Source of the DNA: Halorussus marinus
Lineage (GTDB): Archaea; Halobacteriota; Halobacteria; Halobacteriales; Haladaptataceae
Assembly (NCBI RefSeq): GCF_004765795.1
Contig: NZ_SBIV01000010.1
Coordinates: forward strand, 62,001 to 103,246
Reading direction: 5' to 3'
Length of the DNA: 41,246 nt
The notes under the pieces were generated by a model. The model made no database searches. It saw only the letters and a list, made by a program, of their open reading frames with translations, and had not been told where the DNA came from. Positions 29,901-38,463 of this stretch are shown here, one piece after another (position 1 is the stretch's first letter; every line of letters begins with the position of its first letter). A program made the translations under genes and the position numbers.

Positions 29901-31499
29901 GTGCCGATGGAGACCCCGGCCCGCATCGTCAGCGAACTCACCAGCCGCGGGTACAACGCCGATCCCGAGGCGGTGACGCTGCTCGCGGGCGCCGACGAAC
30001 CGGGGCTCGCGCTCGCGGCCGCGGTCGAACGCGCCCCCGACGACGCGCTGAAGCTCTCGGCCGACCACGTCCGTCGCGTCCTCGACGACGCCGGCGCGAA
30101 CGCGAACGCGGACATCGCGAGCCCCGAACCGCCCGCCCCGAACACCTCTGCTTCTACTGGAGCGAAAAACAGCGCCAATCGAGAGACAGAACGACGAAGC
30201 GCAGACGAAACGAAGGGGGTAGAAAGCGCGGACCGAGACGCCTCTCGGCCCGAGCAGTTCGTCCGGGACCCCGACCTCGACGCGCGGTCGCTCGACATCG
30301 CGGGCGATGTGACCGGCGAGAGCACCGGAACCGGCGAGTACGAGGACTTCGTCTCGGTGTTTCGCGACCGGTACAAGCGCCTCTCCTCGCAACTTCGCTC
30401 GCGGGTCAACGTCCGACCGACGTCCGCGGTTCGGAAGATGCCCGGCGGCGGCGACACCGCCATCGTCGGGATGATCAGCGACATCCGCTCGACCGCGAGC
30501 GGTCACTGGCTCATCGAACTCGAAGACACCAGCGGGACGTACCCCTGTCTGGTGATGAAAGACCGGGAGTTCGCCGACGTGGTCGACGAACTCCTCTTCG
30601 ACGAGGTCATCGCCGTCGAGGGCACGCTCTCGGACGACAACGACGACGGCGACGGCATCCTGTTCGTCGACTCGCTGTACTTCCCGGACGTGCCCCGGAC
30701 CTACGAGCCCTCGACCGCCGACCGCCACGTCCAGGCCGCGCTCATCAGCGACGTCCACGTCGGGAGCCAGGAGTTCATGGCCGACGCGTGGTCGCGGTTC
30801 GCCGACTGGCTCCACACAGAGGAGGCCGAACGCGTCGAGTACCTCCTGCTCGCCGGTGACATGGTCGAAGGCGTCGGCGTCTACCCGGATCAAGACGAGG
30901 AACTCGACATCGTCGACATCTACGATCAGTACGAGCAGTTCTCCGAACACCTCAAGGAGGTGCCCGGGGATCTCGACATCGTCATGATCCCGGGCAACCA
31001 CGACGCGGTCCGACTCGCCGAACCCCAACCCGGCTTCGACGACGAACTCCGGTCGATCATGTCGGCTCACGACGCCGAGATCACCGGCAACCCCTCGACG
31101 GTGACCGTCGAGGGCGTCGACGTCCTGATGTACCACGGGGTCTCGCTCGACGAGGTCATCGCCGAACTCCCCGAGGAGAAGGCGAGCTACGAGGAGCCAC
31201 ACAAGGCGATGTACCAACTCCTGAAAAAGCGCCACGTCGCCCCGCAGTTCGGCGGCAAGACCCGCCTCGCGCCCGAGGAGCGAGACTACCTCGTGATGGA
31301 TCAGGTCCCGGACGTGTTCCACACCGGCCACGTCCACAAGCTCGGGTGGGGGAAGTACCACAACGTGCTCGCGGTCAACTCCGGCTGTTGGCAGGCTCAG
31401 ACCGCGTTCCAGAAGTCGGTGAACATCGACCCAGACGCAGGCTTCGCGCCGATTCTCGACCTCGACACCCTCGACATGACCGTCCGGAAGTTCAGCTGA
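29901..31499 (+). CDS. polB: DNA polymerase D small subunit DP1 (proofreading exonuclease)
   Basis: OB fold and phosphoesterase motifs SDVHVGS, AGDMVEG, PGNHD, YHG, HTGHVH. Start GTG 29901 (or ATG 29907). Confidence 0.95.
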   Translation: MPMETPARIVSELTSRGYNADPEAVTLLAGADEPGLALAAAVERAPDDALKLSADHVRRVLDDAGANANADIASPEPPAPNTSASTGAKNSANRETERRSADETKGVESADRDASRPEQFVRDPDLDARSLDIAGDVTGESTGTGEYEDFVSVFRDRYKRLSSQLRSRVNVRPTSAVRKMPGGGDTAIVGMISDIRSTASGHWLIELEDTSGTYPCLVMKDREFADVVDELLFDEVIAVEGTLSDDNDDGDGILFVDSLYFPDVPRTYEPSTADRHVQAALISDVHVGSQEFMADAWSRFADWLHTEEAERVEYLLLAGDMVEGVGVYPDQDEELDIVDIYDQYEQFSEHLKEVPGDLDIVMIPGNHDAVRLAEPQPGFDDELRSIMSAHDAEITGNPSTVTVEGVDVLMYHGVSLDEVIAELPEEKASYEEPHKAMYQLLKKRHVAPQFGGKTRLAPEERDYLVMDQVPDVFHTGHVHKLGWGKYHNVLAVNSGCWQAQTAFQKSVNIDPDAGFAPILDLDTLDMTVRKFS

Positions 31500-31559
31500 T
31501 TCTCCGCGTCGCGACGCCTCCTCGGATCTCGGGTCGACCGTGTGGCGCGGTACCGAAGG

Positions 31560-31580
31560 CTCCACCCGAAACGGAGGGGT
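31560..31580 (+). promoter_or_regulatory. Distal ORB-like box downstream of DP1
   Basis: CTCCACCCGAAACGGAGGGGT, one mismatch to the origin ORB at 26944. Confidence 0.65.
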
Positions 31581-31688
31581 TCGGCCGCGATCCGCCTCGC
31601 GTGGCGATGGGAGCTGATCGTCTCATCCGTGGCGTCGCCGACGACTCCTCCGACGCCGCCCGACCAGATCCCGACCCGTCGATCGTCC

Positions 31689-32093
31689 TCACCCCGAGGG
31701 CGGGTCGAGCCGGTACTTCAGGGTGCGGCCCCCGTCGAACCGCGGACCGCTCCCGGCGGGTTCGAACCCCGCCGCCTCGACGACCGACGCCGTCCCCTCC
31801 TCGCGTTCGGGGACCAACACTTCGACGCTCATCCCCTCCTTGCGGGCGAATCGGATCGGCTCCTCGAGCAGGCGCTCGCGGGCGTCGGGCGACCCGCGGA
31901 GATACGTCACCCGGACGGTGCCGGGCATCGCGTCGAAGCCGACGAAGCCGACGATTTCGGTCTCGCCGTCGGCCTCCGTTTCGGCCACTCGGACCGTCCG
32001 GTCGTGGACCACGTTACGCATCACTTCCGCGGGCGCGTCGGCGAACTCGCCGAGCGCGTCGTCGTCGTCCTCGACCGCGTCTCGTACACGCAC
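31689..32093 (-). CDS. Hypothetical protein, possible degenerate GNAT fold
   Basis: MRVRDAVEDD start, IVGFVGF strand and VEAAGFE end resemble GNAT proteins; the acetyl-CoA motif is not evident. Confidence 0.7.
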   Translation of the reverse strand: MRVRDAVEDDDDALGEFADAPAEVMRNVVHDRTVRVAETEADGETEIVGFVGFDAMPGTVRVTYLRGSPDARERLLEEPIRFARKEGMSVEVLVPEREEGTASVVEAAGFEPAGSGPRFDGGRTLKYRLDPPSG

Positions 32094-32193
32094 TGGTTTC
32101 GATTAGACGACCGCGAAGTTAAAGCCCGCGGGGACCCCGTCGCGATGGCCGGCGACGCGTAGTTTCTTCTCGGTCGGCTCCGTATCCGCGCGT

Positions 32194-33276
32194 ATGAGTG
32201 ACACGGACGACGCCCCCCGGCTCTGTGACTTCTGTCGGCTCCCCTTATCGTGTGGCCGCGAGACGCTGAGCCATCGGGGTGCTACCTACGAGTTCTGCTC
32301 GGAGGCGTGTCGGACGGCGATGCGCGAGACCGATCGGGTGTTCACCGAGTACCACGGCCACCGTCGGATGCGGACCGGCGTGTCGGGCCTCGACGCGGGC
32401 CTTCCTCAAGGACTTCCGCGCAACTCGTTCGTGCTGGTGTCGAGCGACGAGGGCGCCCGTAACGAGACGCTACTGGCCGAACTCGTCTGGCGCGCCCTAG
32501 AGCGCGACGAGCCCGCAGTCGTCGTCACCTTCACCGAGCCGCCGGTCTCGGTCGTCGAGAACTTCCTCGCGCTCGACTGGAACGTCCTGCCGTATCTGGA
32601 GTCGGGGCGGCTCCACATCCTCGACTGTTTCACGTATCGGGTGAGCGATCGCGACCGGATGTTCGACCGGATGAACGAGTGGACAAGCCACATCCGCCGG
32701 ATCGCCCGGGACGTGACCGAGACGGTCAGAGACCCGAGCGACGTGAGCGAACTCCAGAACAAACTCGACGGGTGTCTCGAAGCGCTCGGGATGACCGACG
32801 CCGGCGTCGTGACGATCGACTCGCTGACGGAGTTCGGTACGCTCGTCCAGCCGATACGGGCCTACGACTGCGTGAAAGACGTCCGGGCCGACGTCTGTAA
32901 AGGCCGGTTCGTCCCGGTGTTCGCCGGGGGGACCATCACCGGCGAGGAGCGGACGTTCCCCCACGACCTCGGGTACGCGGTCGACGGCATCGTCGACATG
33001 CAGATGAACGGCTCGATCGTCCGAGACACCCTCATCAAGCGGCTCCGGATCCGGAAGATGAACGGCGTGCTGTCGATCCCGGAGTGGACCGCCTACGAGT
33101 TCACCGCAGGTCGGGGGCTGGTCACGTTCGACCCGATCGCGGAGATGGACGACCCCGCCGAGGGCGACGGTCCCGTCGATCCGGACTCCGACGCCCCCGG
33201 CCCCGCCGAGCGATCGCCCGCCGACGCAGAGCCAAACGCCCACTCGCCGGACGCTCCGGGCCCCCGTGAGGAGTGA
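32194..33276 (+). CDS. KaiC/RAD55-like protein with N-terminal TRASH/YHS-like Cys motif
   Basis: CDFC…YEFCSEAC, TGVSGLD..L..GLP, IDSL, AVDGIV, RLRIRKM; Walker A degenerate. Confidence 0.85.
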   Translation: MSDTDDAPRLCDFCRLPLSCGRETLSHRGATYEFCSEACRTAMRETDRVFTEYHGHRRMRTGVSGLDAGLPQGLPRNSFVLVSSDEGARNETLLAELVWRALERDEPAVVVTFTEPPVSVVENFLALDWNVLPYLESGRLHILDCFTYRVSDRDRMFDRMNEWTSHIRRIARDVTETVRDPSDVSELQNKLDGCLEALGMTDAGVVTIDSLTEFGTLVQPIRAYDCVKDVRADVCKGRFVPVFAGGTITGEERTFPHDLGYAVDGIVDMQMNGSIVRDTLIKRLRIRKMNGVLSIPEWTAYEFTAGRGLVTFDPIAEMDDPAEGDGPVDPDSDAPGPAERSPADAEPNAHSPDAPGPREE

Positions 33277-33340
33277 TTCCCGGCCGGCAAGCTTCTCGCA
33301 CATGAAAGCAGTTATCTGCACGCCACAGCTACTCTCCCAT

Positions 33341-33400
33341 ATGTTTACTACCCGCACGCGAGGGCCGACCAGTCCACAGGTGATCGTATGCGCGTCGTAG
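33341..33400 (+). CDS. Putative Thr-rich leader peptide (MFTTRTRGPTSPQVIVCAS) overlapping the lysC start
   Basis: TTATCT box at 33312-33317 with GAAA BRE, leaderless spacing to ATG 33341; 4 Thr in the first 10 codons. Confidence 0.5.
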   Translation: MFTTRTRGPTSPQVIVCAS

Positions 33401-34566
33401 CCAAGTTCGGCGGGACGAGCCTCGGCAGCGGCGATCGCATCAACCGGGCGGCCGACTCCATCGCGGACGCGGTCGCGCAGGGCCACGAGATCGCGGTCGT
33501 CGCGAGCGCGATGGGCAACACCACCGACGAACTCCTCGACGAGATCGAGTTCGAGGCCGACGATCCCGACCGCGCCGAGATCGTCAGCATGGGCGAACGC
33601 ACCAGCGTCCGGATGCTGAAGGCGGCGCTCTCGTCTCGGGGCGTCGAGGCGGTCTTCGTCGAGCCCGGCTCGGGCCGGTGGCCGATCTACACCGACGGCC
33701 ACGGCGAGGTCGACGCCGAGCGGACGAAGGCGGCGGTCGCGGAGCTCGCGGCCGAACTCGGCGACGTGGTCCCGGTGATCACGGGCTTTCTCGCCGAGGA
33801 CGACGAGGGCAACGTCACCACGCTCGGGCGCGGGGGCTCGGACACGACCGCCGTGATGCTCGGCAACTACATCGACGCCGACGAGGTGGTCATCGTCACC
33901 GACGTGGAAGGCGTGATGACCGGCGACCCCCATGTTGTCGAAGGCGCGCGCAACGTCGGGAAGATCTCGGTCGACGAACTCCGGAACCTCTCGTTCCGCG
34001 GGGCCGAAGTCGTCGCGCCCAGCGCGCTCTCGTACAAGGACGAGACCCTCGACGTCCGTGTGGTCCACTACCAGCACGGCGACCTGCTCGCGGGCGGCAC
34101 CGACATCATCGGGGAGTTCGAGAACCTCATCGACATGCGCGAGGAGCCCCTGGCCTGCCTCACGGTCGCGGGCCGGGCCATCCGGAACCAGCCGGGGATC
34201 CTCGCCGACCTCTCGACGGCGCTGGGCGACAGCGACATCAACATCGACGCGGCCGCCAGCGGGATGGACTCGATCACCTTCTACGTCGACGAGGACGTCG
34301 CCGAGCGCGCCGAGAACATCCTCCATCGCGAGGTCATCGACGGCGAGTCGCTGTCGAGCGTCACCGTCGACGACGAAGTGGCGGCCATCCGGGTCACCGG
34401 CGGGGAACTCCCCAACCAGCCCGGCGTCATCCGGAACTTCGTCGACCCCCTCTCGGACGCCCACATCAACATCCACGACCTCATCACCAGCGCGACCAGC
34501 GTCGCGGTGTTCGTCGACTGGGACGACCGCGAGGAGACCTTAGAGATCGTCCAACGGCAGTTTTAA
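33388..34566 (+). CDS. lysC: Aspartate kinase
   Basis: VAKFGGTS, VVASAMG, TTLGRGGSDTTA, TDVEGV, two C-terminal ACT domains; AGGTGA SD. Confidence 0.95.
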   Translation: MRVVAKFGGTSLGSGDRINRAADSIADAVAQGHEIAVVASAMGNTTDELLDEIEFEADDPDRAEIVSMGERTSVRMLKAALSSRGVEAVFVEPGSGRWPIYTDGHGEVDAERTKAAVAELAAELGDVVPVITGFLAEDDEGNVTTLGRGGSDTTAVMLGNYIDADEVVIVTDVEGVMTGDPHVVEGARNVGKISVDELRNLSFRGAEVVAPSALSYKDETLDVRVVHYQHGDLLAGGTDIIGEFENLIDMREEPLACLTVAGRAIRNQPGILADLSTALGDSDINIDAAASGMDSITFYVDEDVAERAENILHREVIDGESLSSVTVDDEVAAIRVTGGELPNQPGVIRNFVDPLSDAHINIHDLITSATSVAVFVDWDDREETLEIVQRQF

Positions 34567-34577
34567 CACGACCTACG

Positions 34578-34795
34578 ACTTTTTACAGCGGTCGCACGGA
34601 AAGACGCTTCGCGTCTTTCGAGCCTCGGCTCGCTTCGCTCGCCGAGACGCCCCGAGCGGCGCTCGCTTGCAAAATCTCGATCAAAAACACCGGGAGAGCG
34701 AAACTCTCCCGAGCCTGCGTTCTCCGCTCACGCAGACGCGGCGCTCCTCCCTTCGGTCGTCGCTTGATCCGCTCGCTCACGCCCGTTCGCTCGTG
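34578..34795. repeat. REP-like palindromic intergenic repeat, copy 2 (expanded with extra hairpins)
   Basis: Shares two blocks with 15604-15701. Inserted hairpins include GAAAGACGC-TTC-GCGTCTTTC (34599-34619) and CGGGAGAG-CGAAA-CTCTCCCG (34691-34711). Confidence 0.75.
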
Positions 34796-34949
34796 ATGCG
34801 ATTGCTCGTGCACGCGCTTGCGCGGTATCCCGTGGGTCGGCAGTCACGGTGAAAACGTGTGGACTGATGCGTCTTCGCACCCGTCTTCGTCCGGCGAGTG
34901 CGCGACGTTCTCCCAAACGCTTTTGAGCGATTGCGAACAACTTCCGGGT

Positions 34950-35039
34950 ATGCCATACGAACCCCGACTCGGTGGGATCGACGGCCAGCCACGGCGACGC
35001 CACTCGGACGCGGGGTTCGACTTTTTCTTCGCGGCCTGA
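34950..35039 (+). CDS. Putative Phe-rich leader peptide of pheST (MPYEPRLGGIDGQPRRRHSDAGFDFFFAA)
   Basis: TTTTGA box at 34921-34926, leaderless spacing to ATG 34950; 4 Phe in 5 codons near the end; 150 nt upstream of pheS. Confidence 0.62.
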   Translation: MPYEPRLGGIDGQPRRRHSDAGFDFFFAA

Positions 35040-35189
35040 ACTGAGAGCGGCGGACTCCCCCGTCGAGCGAGAACTCGCCGGCGACGAAACCGCTCGGGGC
35101 GTCCGACCCGGAGCCGCGCGCATCGGACGCGCTTCAGAAACGATAAACGGTCGCACAGGGTTGTACCCATCAAGAGCACACCACGCACG

Positions 35190-36698
35190 ATGAAACTACC
35201 AGAGTCACAGGCCGCGGTCCTGCGGGCCGCGAGCGCCGACGAGTCGCGGAGTATCGAACGGTTGGCCGACGAGACGGGCCACAAGCCCGAGACGGTCACC
35301 GGCACCGTCTTCGAACTCGAAGACGAGGGGCTGGTCGCCGTCAAGGAGTCGATCGAGGAGACGGTGACGCTCACCGACGAGGCCCGCGAGTACCTCGATT
35401 CGGACCTGCCGGAGGTCGACCTGTACGAGACCGCCCTCGACGCCGGGGCCGACGCCGACCCGGTCGAGATGGGTCGCGTCATCGGACAGTCCGGGCTCGA
35501 AGGTCCGGCCGTCGACATCGCGCTCTCGAACTACGCCCGGAAGGGGTACGGCGTGATCGAGAGCGGCGAGATCACCGCCGACCCCGACGCCGACCCCGAG
35601 AGCGACGCCGAGGCCGGCGCACTGGCAGACCTCGACGCCGGCGAGGCCGTCGCCGACGAGGCGGTCCTCGACCAGCTAGACCGTCGCGAACTGATCGAGC
35701 GCGACGAGTCGACCGTCCGGACGGTGACGCTCACCGACGCGGGCGTGACCGCGCTGATGGAGGGCGTCGAGACCGCCGAGACCGTGGGCCAGCTCACCCC
35801 CGAGATGCTGACCTCCGGGGAGTGGCGCGACGTGGAGTTCGCCGAGTACAACGTCGAGGCCGACGCCCAGCGCGTCGACGGCGGCAAGACCCACATCCTC
35901 CGCCAGACCGCAAACAGGGTCAAAGACACCCTCGTCGGGATGGGTTTCGAGGAGATGGAGGGCCCTCACGTCGACGCGGAGTTCTGGATCAACGACTGCC
36001 TGTTCATGCCACAGGACCACCCCGCGCGGACTCACTGGGACCAGTTCGCGTTAGAGACCCCGCGCGAGATCGACGAGCTTCCCGAGGAGTTGGTCGAACG
36101 CGTCCGGGACGCCCACCGAAACGGCGTCGGCGAGGACGGCGAGGGCTACCACTCGCCGTGGACCGAGGAGGTCGCGAAGGGGGTCGACCTCCGTGGCCAC
36201 ACCACCTCGCTGTCGATGCGGTACCTCTCGGGCAACGAAGTCGGCGACCTCGAACCGCCCCAGCGCTTTTTCAGCGTCGAGAAGGTGTACCGCAACGACA
36301 CCCTCGATCCGACCCACCTGCTCGAGTTCTTCCAGATCGAGGGGTGGGTGATGGCCGAGGACCTCTCGGTCCGGGACCTGATGGGCACCTTCGAGGAGTT
36401 CTACGCCCAGTTCGGCATCACCGACATCGAGTTCAAGCCCCACTACAACCCCTACACCGAGCCGAGCTTCGAGCTGTTCGGCACGCATCCGACGACGGGT
36501 GAGATGGTCGAGATCGGGAACTCCGGAATGTTCCGCGAGGAGGTGCTCGAACCCCTCGGAGTCGACTGTGACGTAATGGCGTGGGGGCTCGCGCTCGAAC
36601 GCCTGCTCATGCTGATGTACGGCTTCGAGGACATCCGGGACGTCCACGGGACGCTCGCGGACCTCGAACTGCTGCGGGAGACGGAGGTGCTACACTGA
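35190..36698 (+). CDS. pheS: Phenylalanine--tRNA ligase alpha subunit
   Basis: FMPQDHPAR, LRGHTT, VYRNDTLDPTHLLEFFQIEG, YNPYTEPS, AWGLALERL. Confidence 0.97.
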   Translation: MKLPESQAAVLRAASADESRSIERLADETGHKPETVTGTVFELEDEGLVAVKESIEETVTLTDEAREYLDSDLPEVDLYETALDAGADADPVEMGRVIGQSGLEGPAVDIALSNYARKGYGVIESGEITADPDADPESDAEAGALADLDAGEAVADEAVLDQLDRRELIERDESTVRTVTLTDAGVTALMEGVETAETVGQLTPEMLTSGEWRDVEFAEYNVEADAQRVDGGKTHILRQTANRVKDTLVGMGFEEMEGPHVDAEFWINDCLFMPQDHPARTHWDQFALETPREIDELPEELVERVRDAHRNGVGEDGEGYHSPWTEEVAKGVDLRGHTTSLSMRYLSGNEVGDLEPPQRFFSVEKVYRNDTLDPTHLLEFFQIEGWVMAEDLSVRDLMGTFEEFYAQFGITDIEFKPHYNPYTEPSFELFGTHPTTGEMVEIGNSGMFREEVLEPLGVDCDVMAWGLALERLLMLMYGFEDIRDVHGTLADLELLRETEVLH

Positions 36699-38449
36699 TG
36701 CCAGTCGTCGACGTGAACCCCGACGAACTCCGGGACCTGACCGGCCACGACGAGAAGAGCGACGACGAACTGATCGACGACATGTTCGGGCTCGGACTCG
36801 AGTTCGAGGGTCGGACCGAGGACGGCGACCTCCAGCTGGAGTTTGCGCCCGACCGCCTCGACCGGCTCTCGGTCGAAGGCGTCGCGCGGTCGCTTCGCTA
36901 CCAGTACGGCGACGACCGCGGCGTCTACGTCCCCGGCACGAACGACGCCGACTGGACCATCGCGGTCGACGAGAGCGTCCCCGACGAGCGGCCGTACGTG
37001 ACCGGCGCCGTGATCCGGGACGTGAGCCTCGACGAGGACGCGCTCGACTCGCTCATCCAGCTCCAGGAGAAGCTCCACGCCACGATGGGCCGCAAGCGCG
37101 CGAAGGGTGCGATCGGTATCCACGACCTGACGATGCTGAAAGGGGAAGCCGCCGCCGTCGAGGGGCAGTCGGCCGCCGGCAACTCCATCACCTACCGGGG
37201 CGTCGACCCCGACGGCGACCGGTTCGTTCCCTTGGACGCCGACGCGGAGATGACGCCCGCGGACGTTCTGGACTCGCATCCGACCGGCGAGACGTACGCC
37301 GACCTCGTGGCCGAGTACGACCGCTACCCCGCGATCTACGACGACATCGGGCTGTTCTCGTTCCCGCCGGTCATCAACGGCCGGCGGACCGAGGTCTCGA
37401 CAGACTCGCGGGACCTGTTCGTCGAACTAACCGGCACCGACCAGTGGACCATCGACCGGATGTGCAACATCATCTGCTATGCGCTCGACGCCCGGGGCGC
37501 GAAGGTCGAAGCGGTCGAGGTCGAGTACCCCGACCGGACGCTCGTGCGCCCCGACTTCGAGGTCCGAGAGAAGACGGTGACCCACGACCGGATCGAGAGC
37601 CTGCTCGGGATCGATCTGAGCGCCGAGCGCGTGGTCGACCTCCTCGAACGGTCGGGCCTCGACGCCGACCCCGAGGAAGTCGGCGACGACGAGGTCGCCT
37701 ACACGGTCGAGGTGCCGCCCTACCGGGTGGACGTGCTCCACCCCCTCGACGTCGTCGACGACGTGGGGCGGGCCTACGGTTTCAACGACCTCGAACCGCG
37801 CTACCCCGACGTGGGGACGGTCGGCGGCCGCCACGACCGCTCGAAACTCGAAGACGCCGCCCGCGAGGTGCTGGTCGGACTCGGCTTCGAGGACCTGCTG
37901 AACTTCCACATGATCAGCGAGCCGGAGAACTTCGACCGGATGCGGATCTCTCGGCCGGAGGGAAGCGACGCCGACCTCGACCACGTCGTCACGGGCGCCG
38001 CCGAGCCCGCGACCATCCTCGAACCGTACAGCGAGGACTACACCATGCTCCGGACGTGGGCGCTCCCGTCGCTCATGATGGTGCTCGAAAACAACACCCA
38101 TCGGGGGTATCCGCAGGACCTCGCGGAGATCGGGCTCGCGGCCCGGGTCGACGACGCCGAGAACACTGGCGTCGCGGAACGCCGGACGGTCGCGGGCGTC
38201 CTCGCGCGCCACGACGCCTCCTACGAGGACGCGAAGGCCCGCTTGCAGGCGATCACGCGCAACTTCGACGCCGACCTCGAAACCCCGGCGACCGACCACC
38301 CGTCGTTCATCGACGGGCGCGCCGCGGCGGTCGTCATCGACGGCGAAGACGTGGGCGTTATCGGCGAAATCCACCCCGAAGTGCTCGTCGAACACGACCT
38401 CGAACTCCCCGTCGCGGCCTTCGAGTTCCGACTGGACGCGCTGGCGTAA
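36698..38449 (+). CDS. pheT: Phenylalanine--tRNA ligase beta subunit
   Basis: DRLDRLSVEGVAR, IQLQEKLH…GRKR…AIGIHD, SFPPVING, PPYRVDVLH; TGATG coupling to pheS. Confidence 0.96.
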   Translation: MPVVDVNPDELRDLTGHDEKSDDELIDDMFGLGLEFEGRTEDGDLQLEFAPDRLDRLSVEGVARSLRYQYGDDRGVYVPGTNDADWTIAVDESVPDERPYVTGAVIRDVSLDEDALDSLIQLQEKLHATMGRKRAKGAIGIHDLTMLKGEAAAVEGQSAAGNSITYRGVDPDGDRFVPLDADAEMTPADVLDSHPTGETYADLVAEYDRYPAIYDDIGLFSFPPVINGRRTEVSTDSRDLFVELTGTDQWTIDRMCNIICYALDARGAKVEAVEVEYPDRTLVRPDFEVREKTVTHDRIESLLGIDLSAERVVDLLERSGLDADPEEVGDDEVAYTVEVPPYRVDVLHPLDVVDDVGRAYGFNDLEPRYPDVGTVGGRHDRSKLEDAAREVLVGLGFEDLLNFHMISEPENFDRMRISRPEGSDADLDHVVTGAAEPATILEPYSEDYTMLRTWALPSLMMVLENNTHRGYPQDLAEIGLAARVDDAENTGVAERRTVAGVLARHDASYEDAKARLQAITRNFDADLETPATDHPSFIDGRAAAVVIDGEDVGVIGEIHPEVLVEHDLELPVAAFEFRLDALA

Positions 38450-38463
38450 CGGCCTCGACCTCG

